Source: Myxococcales bacterium (lineage in GTDB: Bacteria; Myxococcota_A; Polyangia; Haliangiales; Haliangiaceae). From it: 64,000 nt of DNA. Every line of letters starts with the position of its first letter. Position 1 is the stretch's first letter. The notes below the pieces were generated by a model that saw only the letters and a list, made by a program, of their open reading frames with translations, made no database searches and had not been told where the DNA came from. Location: assembly GCA_016707895.1 (NCBI GenBank), contig JADJGV010000034.1, positions 693,625 to 757,624 of the forward strand. Direction: 5' to 3'. The position numbers were made by a program, and so were the translations under genes. Positions 1 through 9,405 of the stretch are shown one piece after another.

Positions 1-1029
1 ATCGTCGTCGTCCTTGGCGTACGACTGCATCGACACGCCGATCGCGCCGACCAGGCCGACGAACAGCATCGCCAGCACCGCGTAGTGGCGGCGCGGGCGC
101 CCGGGGCGGCCGTCGAACAGCGGCACCGCGGCGAGCACGCCGAACACCACCAGCGGCAGGCCCAGCGCCATGAACGTGCGCAGCGAGCCGAAGGTGTTGA
201 CCAGCGCGAACAGCGGCCGGAAGTACCACTGCGGGCGCGCGTCGTAGGCCGCGGTCGGGTCGGCCGGCCCGTCGAGCCCGGCGCCGCCGGCGTGCTCGCT
301 CCACGCCACCAGCGCGATCAGCGCCAGCGCCGCCACCACCCAGTTGCGCAGGCTCTGGTACGGCCACGCCGCGCGCGCCGGCCCGCCGGTCGGCAGCACG
401 CCGTGGCGCCGGGCCTGGGCGCGGAGCGCCCACGCCAGCAGCAGCGTGACGATCGGCAGCACCACCGCGTGCAGCGCGTAGAAGTGGGTCAAGGTCAGGT
501 TGCCGAACTCGTTGCCGCCCTGGACCGCCTGCACCAGCTGCCGCCCCGGGCCGGGCGCGTCGTTGACGTAGGCCAGCTCGACCTTGGTCGCCCAGTAGCC
601 GTACTGATCCCAGCGCAGCACGAAGCCGGTCACCGAGTACAGCGTGATGACGCCGATCAGCCCGAGCCCGAGCCACCACTGCAGCTCGCGCGGCCGGCGG
701 TAGCCGCCGCGCAGCGCGGTCACCACCAGGTGCAGGCCGGCGACGATCACCACCGCCGACATGCCCCAGCGGTGGACGCCGCGGACGACGCTGCCCATCG
801 TCACCTGGTCCTCGATGTACGCGACCGAGGCCCACGCCGCGCCGGTCGACGGCGCGTAGTACAGCGCGAGCAGCGCGCCCGACGCCGCCTCGATCACCAG
901 CAGGAACGCCACCAGGAACGACAGCGTGTGGGCGAACGACGCGCCGCCCGCCACCGGGCGCTGCCACTGCGCGAGCACCTCGCGGTGGCCGATGCGCTCG
1001 TCGAGCCAGTCGCCGATCCGCGCGCGCAT
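1..1029 (-). CDS. cytochrome b (bc1/b6f-type), C-terminus cut by window edge
   Basis: Not in the ORF track because it runs off the window start. My translation of the minus strand from the ATG at 1029..1027 gives MRARIGDWLDERIGHREVLAQWQRP...HRWGMSAVVIVAGLHLVVTALRGGYRRPRELQWW...YWATKV, which are cytochrome b haem-binding helices. The start overlaps the Rieske stop (TGATG), so the two genes are translationally coupled. Confidence 0.8.
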   Translation of the reverse strand, partial: MRARIGDWLDERIGHREVLAQWQRPVAGGASFAHTLSFLVAFLLVIEAASGALLALYYAPSTGAAWASVAYIEDQVTMGSVVRGVHRWGMSAVVIVAGLHLVVTALRGGYRRPRELQWWLGLGLIGVITLYSVTGFVLRWDQYGYWATKVELAYVNDAPGPGRQLVQAVQGGNEFGNLTLTHFYALHAVVLPIVTLLLAWALRAQARRHGVLPTGGPARAAWPYQSLRNWVVAALALIALVAWSEHAGGAGLDGPADPTAAYDARPQWYFRPLFALVNTFGSLRTFMALGLPLVVFGVLAAVPLFDGRPGRPRRHYAVLAMLFVGLVGAIGVSMQSYAKDDDD

Positions 1030-1589
1030 CACGCCGGCTTCCGATCGGCGCCGCCGGGCTGGTAGCGCACCCAGGTCACCTTGACCCGGCCGCGCTCGAT
1101 CACCACCGGCAGCGGATCGAGGCCGCGCTCGGCGGGGCCGCTCAGGCGCGCGCCGTCGAGATCGAAGGTCGCGCTGTGGCACGGGCACTCGAACCGCTTG
1201 GCGCCCTCGGCGAACCCGATCGCGCAGCCCTTGTGCGGGCACACCGACGACAGCGCCGCGATCTGGCCGTCCTTGCCGCGGCGCAGCCACGCGGCGCCGA
1301 GCACGACGTTGGCGGTCGACGCGTAGGCGTCGCGCACGCTGGCGGCGACCAGCGGCACCCGCACCGGCAGGTCGCCGACCTGATCGGCGGCGATCGCGTC
1401 GATCGGATCGGTCGGCGACGAGACGACGACCGCGCCGACCGGGTGGCCGACCAGCCGCGCCACCGGCACCAGCAGCGCCGCCCCGACCCCGCCGCCCACC
1501 GCGCAGGTCGCGACCTGCAGGAACCGGCGACGGGTGGCGTCGCCAGCAGAGGAGGAGGGCGGATCGCCGGTCGGGTCCTGTTCGCTCAC
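1029..1589 (-). CDS. Rieske [2Fe-2S] iron-sulfur subunit (cytochrome bc complex), Tat-exported
   Basis: Track ORF 1029..1589. It has a twin-arginine motif (RRRFLQ) and the two Rieske cluster boxes CPHKGC and CPCHSATFD. It sits directly upstream of cytochrome b. Confidence 0.9.
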   Translation of the reverse strand: MSEQDPTGDPPSSSAGDATRRRFLQVATCAVGGGVGAALLVPVARLVGHPVGAVVVSSPTDPIDAIAADQVGDLPVRVPLVAASVRDAYASTANVVLGAAWLRRGKDGQIAALSSVCPHKGCAIGFAEGAKRFECPCHSATFDLDGARLSGPAERGLDPLPVVIERGRVKVTWVRYQPGGADRKPA

Positions 1590-1702
1590 CGGCGCAGTCT
1601 ACGCCGCGCCCCCGGCGCTGGTAACCGAGCGACCGCGCGAAGCGAGCGGCGCCATGCCGCGGCGCACGGCGCGTCCCCGCGCGGCGCGGCCCGCGCGGGC
1701 CA

Positions 1703-2107
1703 TCACCCCATCGTGCGCTCTTCGCGCTCCTGGTCTTCCTTGCAGCGGATGCACAAGCTCGTCTCGGGGCGCGCCTCGAGCCGCTTCTTGCCGATCGGCT
1801 CGTCGCACGACTCGCAGTTGCCGAACGTGCCGTCGTCGATCTTCTTGATCGCGAGATCGAGCTTCGACAGCAAGCTCTTGTCGCGGCCGCGCAACCGGAA
1901 CTCGAACGACTGGGTGTACTCGGCCGAGGCCAGGTCCATCTCGTCGGGCAGGTCGCTCGGATCCAGCGTCATGTTCTCGGTGAGCGTCTGCCGAGCGCGA
2001 TCGACGACGTCGCGACGCTTGCCCTCGAGCAGCTCCTTGAACTTCTGCAGTTCTTTCTTGGTGAGCGGCTTGGCCGCCGGCGCTGCAGTGCTGCTCGTGG
2101 TCGACAC
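1703..2107 (-). CDS. dksA: DksA/TraR-family RNA-polymerase-binding transcription factor (C4 zinc finger)
   Basis: Track ORF 1703..2263 contains LDPSDLPDEMDLASAEY...CESCDEPIGKKRLEARPETSLCIRCK (DksA coiled coil plus CxxC-N17-CxxC). A GTG at 2107 (residue 52 of the track ORF) preceded by AAGGGG gives a 134-aa product of typical DksA size. The upstream 52 codons look non-coding. Confidence 0.75.
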   Translation of the reverse strand: MSTTSSTAAPAAKPLTKKELQKFKELLEGKRRDVVDRARQTLTENMTLDPSDLPDEMDLASAEYTQSFEFRLRGRDKSLLSKLDLAIKKIDDGTFGNCESCDEPIGKKRLEARPETSLCIRCKEDQEREERTMG

Positions 2108-2264
2108 GTCGTGCCCCTTCGTGAAGATCGGGAAGCCGGAGCGTCCGGCGCGAAAGGCCGCATACCATAGTGGCGGCGCGGCTGCCTGACAACCCCTGGG
2201 CCTGGCTACCCACACCGGGCGTCGCCGATCTCGACTCGCACGTGTGGGGGAGGCCGTCCACACC

Positions 2265-2294
2265 TTGACACCGTGTAGGTGAACCGCCGAGAAT
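2265..2294 (+). promoter_or_regulatory. putative sigma70-type promoter (TTGACA, 17-18 nt spacer, GAGAAT) for the small RHH gene
   Basis: TTGACA at 2265..2270 and an AT-rich hexamer at 2288..2294. The predicted TSS would lie at or after the first ATG (2296), which favours the second ATG (2305) as start and a leaderless mRNA. Confidence 0.25.
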
Positions 2295-2304
2295 CATGTG
2301 CACA

Positions 2305-2505
2305 ATGTCCGGCTCCGACAAGCGCAAGCAGTCTCTCTACTTCCCTGAGGACATGCTCAAAGAGATCCAGGACGAGGCGGCCCGGCAGGACCGGTCGCTC
2401 TCGTGGATCGTCCAGAAGGCCTGGAAGATCGCGCGCAAGGAGATCATGAAGTACCCGTCCGTGAACGAGTTCCCGGGCGAGGACGATCCCCGCGAGAACC
2501 CTTGA
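2305..2505 (+). CDS. small ribbon-helix-helix (Arc/MetJ/CopG-like) DNA-binding protein
   Basis: Track ORF 2296..2505. SLYFPEDMLKEIQDEAARQDRSLSWIVQKAWKIA matches an RHH beta-strand plus two helices. Third-position GC is strong. Confidence 0.5.
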   Translation: MSGSDKRKQSLYFPEDMLKEIQDEAARQDRSLSWIVQKAWKIARKEIMKYPSVNEFPGEDDPRENP

Positions 2506-2508
2506 TTC

Positions 2509-3393
2509 GTGCGCTGGGGGTACGCCGCGTCGCCGTGCGATGGGACGCGGCTGTTTTACGAGGATGAAGATCGTGGGGATCCCCGGACGCCGGTGATCCT
2601 CTGCGACGGGATCGGGTGCGACGGCTACGTGTGGCGCCACCTGCGCGCTGCGCTGGAGCCGCGCCGCGTGATCCACGGCCACTACCGCGGGCACGGTCGC
2701 TCCCAGCCGCCGCGCCGGGCCGGCTGCCTGGAGATCGAGGACCTGGCCGACGACGCGGTGGCGATCCTGGACGACGCCGAGATCGGCTGCGCCGTGTGGA
2801 TCGGCCACTCGATGGGCGTCCAGGTCGCGCTCGAGACCTGGCGCCGCCACCCCGATCGGGTGGCGGGGCTCGTGCTGGTGTGCGGGGCGCCGGGGCACCC
2901 CCTCCGCACCTTCCATGGCGCCGACACCTTGGAGCACCTGCTGCCGACCATCGAGCGTTGGGTCGTGAAGGTGCCGGGTGTGGTCAACCGCCTCACCCGC
3001 AACCTGCTGCCGACCCGGCTGGCGCTGGAGATCGCCGGCCGCCTGGAGATCAACCGCGAGCTGGTCGACCCGGACGACTTCATGCCCTATCTCGAGGGCA
3101 TGGCGCGCATGGACGTGCGCACCTTCGTGGCCATGCTGGCGGCGGCCGGCCGCCACTCGGCCGAGGACCTGCTCGCCGCGATCGACGTGCCGGTGTTGGT
3201 GGTGGCAGGTGGGCGCGACGGCTTCACGCCGCCCGAGCGCAGCCGCTTGATGATCGAGCAGGTGCCCGGCTGCCAGGGCCTCGAGATCGAGGATGGTTCG
3301 CACACGGCGCCCATCGAACGGCCCGAGCGAGTGAACGGCGCGATCACCTCCTTCCTCACCGATCGAGTCGACACCAAACTGCCACTTACCTGA
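2509..3393 (+). CDS. alpha/beta-fold hydrolase
   Basis: Track ORF 2509..3393 (GTG start). It has the nucleophile elbow GHSMG and the typical alpha/beta hydrolase layout (LVLVCGAPG, catalytic His near the C-terminus EDGSHTAPIE). Confidence 0.8.
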   Translation: MRWGYAASPCDGTRLFYEDEDRGDPRTPVILCDGIGCDGYVWRHLRAALEPRRVIHGHYRGHGRSQPPRRAGCLEIEDLADDAVAILDDAEIGCAVWIGHSMGVQVALETWRRHPDRVAGLVLVCGAPGHPLRTFHGADTLEHLLPTIERWVVKVPGVVNRLTRNLLPTRLALEIAGRLEINRELVDPDDFMPYLEGMARMDVRTFVAMLAAAGRHSAEDLLAAIDVPVLVVAGGRDGFTPPERSRLMIEQVPGCQGLEIEDGSHTAPIERPERVNGAITSFLTDRVDTKLPLT

Positions 3394-3597
3394 AGTGTTA
3401 CTGGCAATTAGATGCTGTCATGAGGTGGCCTCAGGGTGGGTCGGAGGTGCGACGGATTTTCCGTAAAAAGTCGTGGCATTTCGATCGGTGTTGGTGCAAG
3501 GTGCGCTCCCACGCAGCAAGCCATTTTGGGGGCTTAGCCGCGGGTTGTGCGTTTTGCCGCGTCCTTTCGACACGGCGGCGCGAGAAAGAGTGAGGAA

Positions 3598-3993
3598 ATG
3601 ACCCGTCCCGTCCTGCGCCGCCCTGAGGATGATAACGATGGCCTCGTCGCCCTGCCGCCGATCACGGTGGTCCGGCAGCGCCTGCGCACCACGGTCAAGG
3701 AGTTCGCGACCGCCGCCCCCGGCCGTCGCGCCGCCGCGCTCGCCGCGGTCTGGATCGCCGCCACCGGCTGCGAGGCCGACCTCAACCACTACGATCCCGA
3801 AGAGGCGCTGCGCACCTACCGCCTGATCGAGAGCGAGCTCCGCGCCGAGCTGCGCATCAGCGTCGGCCGCGGGATCACCAACGAGCCGCACACCGCGACC
3901 CGCAACACGATGATCCAGATGCTCGAGCACCTCGAGGAGCTCGAGGCCGCCGCCGTGGCGCCCCGTCCGGCGCGCCGCCGCCGCCGGCGTTGA
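3598..3993 (+). CDS. hypothetical protein
   Basis: An internal ATG at 3598 (residue 17 of track ORF 3547..3993) is preceded by GAGTGAGGAA (SD). Third-position GC is high. A low-GC intergenic region lies upstream (3394..3597) and a terminator-like hairpin downstream. Confidence 0.5.
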   Translation: MTRPVLRRPEDDNDGLVALPPITVVRQRLRTTVKEFATAAPGRRAAALAAVWIAATGCEADLNHYDPEEALRTYRLIESELRAELRISVGRGITNEPHTATRNTMIQMLEHLEELEAAAVAPRPARRRRRR

Positions 3994-4004
3994 TCGTAAC
4001 CTTA

Positions 4005-4062
4005 GAGGGTCTTTCGCAAAGACCCTCGCTGGTTTTTGGAGGGTCTTTCGCAAAGACCCTCC
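4005..4062. terminator. tandem copies of a perfect palindromic hairpin (GAGGGTCTTT-CGC-AAAGACCCTC); first copy plus T5 run is a probable intrinsic terminator
   Basis: Hairpin 1 is at 4005..4027 and is followed by GCTGGTTTTTGG. Hairpin 2 is at 4038..4062 with no T-run. Both lie directly after the stop of the 3598..3993 gene. Confidence 0.4.
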
Positions 4063-4287
4063 CCCACAAGACGTGGGGCCCCCACCCGAAACGCGAGAGC
4101 GCTGCGCGGGCCGGCCACGGCGAGGCTCGGCGGCGTGGCGGTGGCCACCAGGCGGGCCTGTCCGGGAGCGGCCGGATTCCGGCCATCCCGGACACGTTCT
4201 GGCCGGATTTCCGGCCAGCCGGACACCGCAAGTAGCTGAGATCGCGTGGGGTGGGTGGACGGCATCGGCGTTGCTCTACGCGCGCGC

Positions 4288-4794
4288 ATGCGCGTGGCGT
4301 TGATGGTGCTGGTAGCCGTGGTGGTGCCGTCGTTGGCCGCTGCCGATTGTCCGTCGCTCGACGCCATCCAGCGCAGGGCCGAGGCGTTCGCCGGGCTCGA
4401 TGGCGCGCCGACCTGGCGGGCGCGCTCGCGGTGGTCGGCGGTGGTGCCGGTGATCAGCGCCCGCGCCACCACCGACACCGGCTGGGAGGAGGGCGGGCCC
4501 GCCAGCCGGGCGACGGTCGGGCCCGTGGAGCGGCAGCAAGCCTTCGACGTGCGGCTGACCTGGCGCCTCGAGCGCCTGGTGTTCAGCCCCGACGAGCCCC
4601 GGCTGTTCGAGTCGGAGCGCCGCGCCCGCCGCGATCGCATCGCGCTGCGCCAGGAGGTGGCGACCGCCTACTACCGGTGGCGCCGGGTCGCCGCCCAGGC
4701 CGGGACCGACGACGGCGCGCTGGCGGCGGCCGAGGCGTTCGCGCAGGTCGACGCGTTCACCGGCGGCTGGCTGGCCAAGGTCGGCTGCCCGTGA
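4288..4794 (+). CDS. secreted hypothetical protein (signal peptide)
   Basis: Track ORF 4246..4794. The internal ATG at 4288 gives MRVALMVLVAVVVPSLAAADCPS, a signal peptide. Its stop overlaps the GTG start of the PilZ gene (GTGA), indicating an operon. Confidence 0.55.
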   Translation: MRVALMVLVAVVVPSLAAADCPSLDAIQRRAEAFAGLDGAPTWRARSRWSAVVPVISARATTDTGWEEGGPASRATVGPVERQQAFDVRLTWRLERLVFSPDEPRLFESERRARRDRIALRQEVATAYYRWRRVAAQAGTDDGALAAAEAFAQVDAFTGGWLAKVGCP

Positions 4795-5234
4795 TCGCCG
4801 AGAATTTGCGGTGGCGCCGGTCCGCCGGCGACAATGTCGGTGTCGTGGCTTCGCTCCCCAGCTCCGAGCGCGCGTTCCCGCGCCACGCCGTCGACGCCGC
4901 GATCACGCTGGCGCGCGGCGGCGAGGTGGTGGCCCGCGGCCGCACCCGCAACCTGTCCCGGGGCGGGCTGTGCGCGGTGGTCGGGGCCGCGGTCCCGCGC
5001 GGCGCGGTGGTCGACGTCGGCATCTCGCTGGTGTTCTCGACCGACGGCGTCTCCGAGCCGCTGACCCTGCCGGCCCGGGTGGTCTGGTGCACGAGCTTTT
5101 CGGACGCCGAGCAGATCGGCCTGTCGTTCCTGCCGCTCGATCCCACCCAGGCCGCGTACCTCGACATGTTCATCCGCTACCTGGTCACCCACGACGACGA
5201 CGGCGGACCTACATCCGACGATCCGTTCGGCTGA
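4791..5234 (+). CDS. PilZ-domain protein (c-di-GMP receptor)
   Basis: The C-terminal 147 aa of track ORF 4251..5234 match the PilZ fold with the RxxxR ... D/NxSxxG signature (RHAVDAAITLARGGEVVARGRTRNLSRGGLCAV). The GTG at 4791 overlaps the upstream stop. The N-terminal 180 aa of the track ORF is an R/G-rich artefact. Confidence 0.8.
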   Translation: MIAENLRWRRSAGDNVGVVASLPSSERAFPRHAVDAAITLARGGEVVARGRTRNLSRGGLCAVVGAAVPRGAVVDVGISLVFSTDGVSEPLTLPARVVWCTSFSDAEQIGLSFLPLDPTQAAYLDMFIRYLVTHDDDGGPTSDDPFG

Positions 5235-5358
5235 GTGATCCATCGTCGTGGGCGTCGGCGCTTTCGCTGGGCCGACCGTTTCGACTACCATCGCCACAAC
5301 GGGGACGCGCACGGTCACGGGAGCGTCTCCCGCGGCTCGGCGCGCCCGGGAGTGATCC

Positions 5359-8300
5359 ATGCGCCGTCGCTTGCGCCGCTTGTCTACCTTCATCGGGTTC
5401 GTCGTCGCGCTGGGCCTGACCACCCACGCCCACGCCCAGCCGGTCAAGCCCCGCATCTCGGTGATGGTGGACTCGTCGGGGTCGATGCTGCTGACGCCGG
5501 AGATCGTCACCATCGCCGAGACTTGCGTCGCGCAGGGCTGGAACGGCTGCACGAGCAGCGGCAACCCCACCGCCGCGCAGGAGACCTGCAACGCGTGCAT
5601 GGCCTGGACGACCCGCGTGTCGCCGACCTGCGCGAGCAGCTTCACGGCGACCTGCCGGTCGACCTACACCAACTGCTACCGCTTCTTCTACGGCTCGACC
5701 GCGACCTGCGGCCAGTCGCTGAACCTCTCCGAGGGCGTGCCGACCCGCGGCGACGGCACCGCGCTGACGCCGGGTTGCGACGTCGACGGCGACGGCCAGG
5801 CCAACGACAGCCGCATGTACCAGGCCAAGGAGGCGGTCAACAACGTCGTCGCAACGTTCGGCGAGGTCGAGTTCGCGCTGTGGCGCTACGCCCAGGTCGA
5901 GGGCGGGCAGACCTGCGCCTCCGACGCGTCGTGCCCCGACACCCCCGGCGGCTCCAGCGTCCTCACCTGCGAGAACGTCGCCGGCGCCAACGTCTGCGCG
6001 CTCGACGCCGCCAACATCGGCTCGGCGACCGGCCAGTGCAACATGTTCACCTGGAACGGCGCCGACAACACGTTCGCGTGCTCGCAGTGCAACGACGGCG
6101 GCGGCAGCGCCGAGCGCCTGCTGTGCGAGGCCTACCAGCTCGATCGCATCCGCACCGGCGGGTCGAGCCCGCTGGCCGGCACCGTCAACTGCGCGCTGCC
6201 CAGCACCAACCACCCGTTCATGATGAACCACGGCGGCTGCGATCCCTCGGGCGGCGAGCGCCTGGTCGACTTCCCGGCCACCGGCTTCGACGACAACTAC
6301 GCCCAGATCCGGCAGTGGATCGATCACCAGCAGCCCAACGTCTCGACCGACGTCGAGATCAACGCCCAGGGCGGCACGCCGATCGCCGCGTCGCTGCGCG
6401 ACATGCGCACCGCGGTCTTCAACTCGGCGCGGCTCGACACCCGCACGCCGTGCCGCAAGCACCAGGTCATCTTCCTCACCGACGGCGGCGAGAGCTGCGA
6501 GACCGTCGCGGCGGCGGTGACCGCGGCCGGCACGTTCCAGAACATGTCGTTCACCAACGCGGCCGGCACCGTCGTCCCCGACTACGACGTGCCGGTCTAC
6601 GTCATCGGCTTCGCGGTGTGCCCGCCCGGCCAGCCCAACTGCCAGACCCGCCAGGACCTCAACTCGATCGCCGCCGCCGGCGGCACCGGCACCGCGATCC
6701 TGGTCAACAACCAGCTCGAGCTGCAGCTGGCGCTGGCGCAGATCGTCGCCAACTCGGTGCTGGCCGAGCGCTGCAACAACCTCGACGACGACTGCGACGG
6801 CGCGGTCGACGAGGACTTCCCCGGTCGGGGCGCGGCGTGCTCGGCCGGCGTCGGCGCGTGCTTCGCCAACGGCACGGTCGTCTGCACCGCCGATCAGACC
6901 GGCCTGGCGTGCAACGCCACCGCCGGCGCGCCCAGCCCCGAGGTGTGCAACGGCCTCGACGACAACTGCGACGGCCTGATCGACAACGGCATCAGCTGCA
7001 CCGGCTGCGTGCCGGTGTGCACCGACGCCGCGCACTGCGACGTCTGCAACAACATCGACGAGGACTGCGACGCCGTGATCGACGAGGACTTCGTCGCGAC
7101 CTCGTGCGGCGTCGACACCGGCGCGTGCGCGCCCGGCGCCACGGCGTGCGTCGCCGGCACGCTGTCGTGCACCGGCGGCGTCGGCCCGGTCAGCGAGACC
7201 TGCAACAACGTCGACGACGACTGCGACGCGATCGTCGACGGCATGACCCAGGCCTGCTACCCGCCGGCCACCGCCGGCTGCAACCCGATGACCGGCGTAT
7301 GCCAGGGCGTGTGCCGGCTCGGCACCCAGACCTGCACCACCGGCAGCTTCGGCGCCTGCACCGGCGCGCGCACGCCGGGCCTCGAGATCCCGTGCAACGG
7401 GCTCGACGACGACTGCGACGGCCTGGTCGACGAGGGCGGCGGCGTCGAGCAGTGCAACGGCCTCGACGACAACTGCAACGGCATGGTCGACGAGGGCGTC
7501 GCCACCACCGACCCCGACATCGGCGACGCCTGCGGCACGCCGCCGTTCGTCGGCGCCTGCCGCCAGGGCGCGATCGCCTGCGTCGCCGGCGCCGAGGTGT
7601 GCCAGGGCGAGATCAACCCCACCGGCGAGGTGTGCGACAACGTCGACAACGACTGCGACGGCACCGTCGACGACAGCGTGCCCGGGTTCGGCGGGCCGTG
7701 CGGCTCGAGCGTCGGCCGCTGCGATCCCGGCACGCTGCAGTGCGTGGCCGGCGCGCCGGTGTGCGTCGGCGCGGTCGGCCCGTTCGCGGAGGTGTGCAAC
7801 AGCCAGGACGACAACTGCAACGGCGCGACCGACGAGACCGACCCGATGCTCGGCGACACCTGCGCCACGCTGCCGGGTGGCGGCACCGTGCCCAGCGAGA
7901 CCGGCGAGTGCCAGTTCGGCGTGCTGGCGTGCCAGGCCGGCGGCCTGACCTGCGTCGGCGCGATCGGCCCGGTGGTCGAGCGTTGCAACGCGCTCGACGA
8001 CGACTGCGACGGCCTGGTCGACGAGACCTTCCCGACGCTGGGCACCGCCTGCGACAACGGCGCGCTCGGCGTGTGCCGCCAGACCGGCGTCGTGGTGTGC
8101 TCGCCCAGCGGCGGCACCACCTGCACCGCGCCGCCCGGCGTGCCCGGCACCGAGACCTGCAACGGCCTCGACGACGACTGCGACGGCACCGTCGACGACG
8201 GCCCGCTGCCGCTGGTCGGCACCGAGTGCGCGCCGGCCACCGGCGTGTGCGCGCCCGGCCTGTGGGCCTGCACCGCCGGCGTGCTCACCTGCGGCCAGCC

Positions 8301-9405
8301 CAGCTCGGGCTCGCCCGAGGTCTGCAACGCGTCGGACGACGACTGCGACGCGCAGGTCGACGAGAGCCCGCCCGGGTCGCCGCTGCCCGGCGAGGAGGAG
8401 CCGTGCGTCGAGCCCGGCTTCGAGGCGAACATGGACATCGGCGAGTGCGAGTTCGGCCAGACCGAGTGCGTCGCCGGCGGCCTCGACTGCATCGGCTACC
8501 AGGGCCCCAGCCCGGAGATCTGCGACGGCCTCGACAACGACTGCGACGGCAACGCCGACGACCTGGCGACGTGCCCGGGCCCGACCGACGCCTGCCACGC
8601 CGGCACCTGCGTCCAGCCGTGCGGCGCCGGCGAGTTCCCGTGCGGCGGCGGCTTCATCTGCGAGCACCTCGACGACGTGCCGGTGCCGGGCAACTACTGC
8701 GTGCCCGACCCGTGCAACGGCGTGACCTGCGCCGCCGATGAGGTGTGCGACCCGGCCACGCGGATGTGCCGCAACCTGTGCGACGGCGTCACCTGCCAGA
8801 CCGGCGAGCAGTGCCAGCTCGGCACCTGCGTCGACTGCTTCGACGTGCCGAGCCTGTGCATGCCGGGCGAGCTGTGCGTGCGCGACGGCCAGGGCGTCGG
8901 CCAATGCCAGGACAACCCGTGCGACCCCAACCCGTGCCAGGTCGACGAGACCTGCGTCGAGGGCGTGTGCATGGGCGGCTGCGGCGCCGGCTGCCCCGAC
9001 GGCCAGGCCTGCGTCGGCGGCACCTGCGTCAGCGACCCGTGCGACGGCGTCACCTGCCGCACCGGCGAGGTGTGCGACCCGGCCACCGGCGACTGCGTGA
9101 ACCAGATGTGCAGCGGCGTGCAGTGCCGCCCGGGCGAGGTCTGCGTCGAGACCACCGGCGACTGCATCGCCGATCCGTGCGTCACCACCAACTGCCCGAT
9201 GGGCCAGACCTGCAGCGTCGATCCCGGCGGCCGCCCGGTGTGCGCCGATCCCGACGCCCCGACCGTGGATCGCGTGACGGCGGCCGGCGGCGGCTGCGCG
9301 GCCGGCGGCGGTGGCGGTGGCGGCGCGGGCGCGGCGATCGGCCTCGCGCTCGTGGCCTGGACGCGACGCCGGCGCCAGCGCCGCGCGGCGGGAGGTGCGG
9401 CGTGA
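5359..9405 (+). CDS. giant cell-surface protein with an N-terminal VWA domain, 12 Myxococcus-type cysteine-rich repeats, further DPC/GVxC repeats and a MYXO-CTERM sorting tail
   Basis: Track ORF, 1348 aa, with a signal peptide (MRRRLRRLSTFIGFVVALGLTTHAHA). The VWA fold has an intact MIDAS (VMVDSSGSM ... VIFLTDGGE). There are 12 repeats of the C-N-x-[LV]-DDDCDG-x-[VI]-DE type (TIGR02232). The C-terminus [33 protein letters not shown] is a MYXO-CTERM signal (Cys, Gly-rich stretch, TM helix, Arg cluster). Confidence 0.85.
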   Translation: MRRRLRRLSTFIGFVVALGLTTHAHAQPVKPRISVMVDSSGSMLLTPEIVTIAETCVAQGWNGCTSSGNPTAAQETCNACMAWTTRVSPTCASSFTATCRSTYTNCYRFFYGSTATCGQSLNLSEGVPTRGDGTALTPGCDVDGDGQANDSRMYQAKEAVNNVVATFGEVEFALWRYAQVEGGQTCASDASCPDTPGGSSVLTCENVAGANVCALDAANIGSATGQCNMFTWNGADNTFACSQCNDGGGSAERLLCEAYQLDRIRTGGSSPLAGTVNCALPSTNHPFMMNHGGCDPSGGERLVDFPATGFDDNYAQIRQWIDHQQPNVSTDVEINAQGGTPIAASLRDMRTAVFNSARLDTRTPCRKHQVIFLTDGGESCETVAAAVTAAGTFQNMSFTNAAGTVVPDYDVPVYVIGFAVCPPGQPNCQTRQDLNSIAAAGGTGTAILVNNQLELQLALAQIVANSVLAERCNNLDDDCDGAVDEDFPGRGAACSAGVGACFANGTVVCTADQTGLACNATAGAPSPEVCNGLDDNCDGLIDNGISCTGCVPVCTDAAHCDVCNNIDEDCDAVIDEDFVATSCGVDTGACAPGATACVAGTLSCTGGVGPVSETCNNVDDDCDAIVDGMTQACYPPATAGCNPMTGVCQGVCRLGTQTCTTGSFGACTGARTPGLEIPCNGLDDDCDGLVDEGGGVEQCNGLDDNCNGMVDEGVATTDPDIGDACGTPPFVGACRQGAIACVAGAEVCQGEINPTGEVCDNVDNDCDGTVDDSVPGFGGPCGSSVGRCDPGTLQCVAGAPVCVGAVGPFAEVCNSQDDNCNGATDETDPMLGDTCATLPGGGTVPSETGECQFGVLACQAGGLTCVGAIGPVVERCNALDDDCDGLVDETFPTLGTACDNGALGVCRQTGVVVCSPSGGTTCTAPPGVPGTETCNGLDDDCDGTVDDGPLPLVGTECAPATGVCAPGLWACTAGVLTCGQPSSGSPEVCNASDDDCDAQVDESPPGSPLPGEEEPCVEPGFEANMDIGECEFGQTECVAGGLDCIGYQGPSPEICDGLDNDCDGNADDLATCPGPTDACHAGTCVQPCGAGEFPCGGGFICEHLDDVPVPGNYCVPDPCNGVTCAADEVCDPATRMCRNLCDGVTCQTGEQCQLGTCVDCFDVPSLCMPGELCVRDGQGVGQCQDNPCDPNPCQVDETCVEGVCMGGCGAGCPDGQACVGGTCVSDPCDGVTCRTGEVCDPATGDCVNQMCSGVQCRPGEVCVETTGDCIADPCVTTNCPMGQTCSVDPGGRPVCADPDAPTVDRVTAAGGGCAAGGGGGGGAGAAIGLALVAWTRRRRQRRAAGGAA

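Noticed and set aside
85-2327. ORFs 85..1065(+), 1176..2189(+), 1534..1848(+), 1599..2327(-)
   Set aside because: They are antisense or offset to cytochrome b, Rieske and DksA, with R/Q/H/A-rich composition and no motifs.
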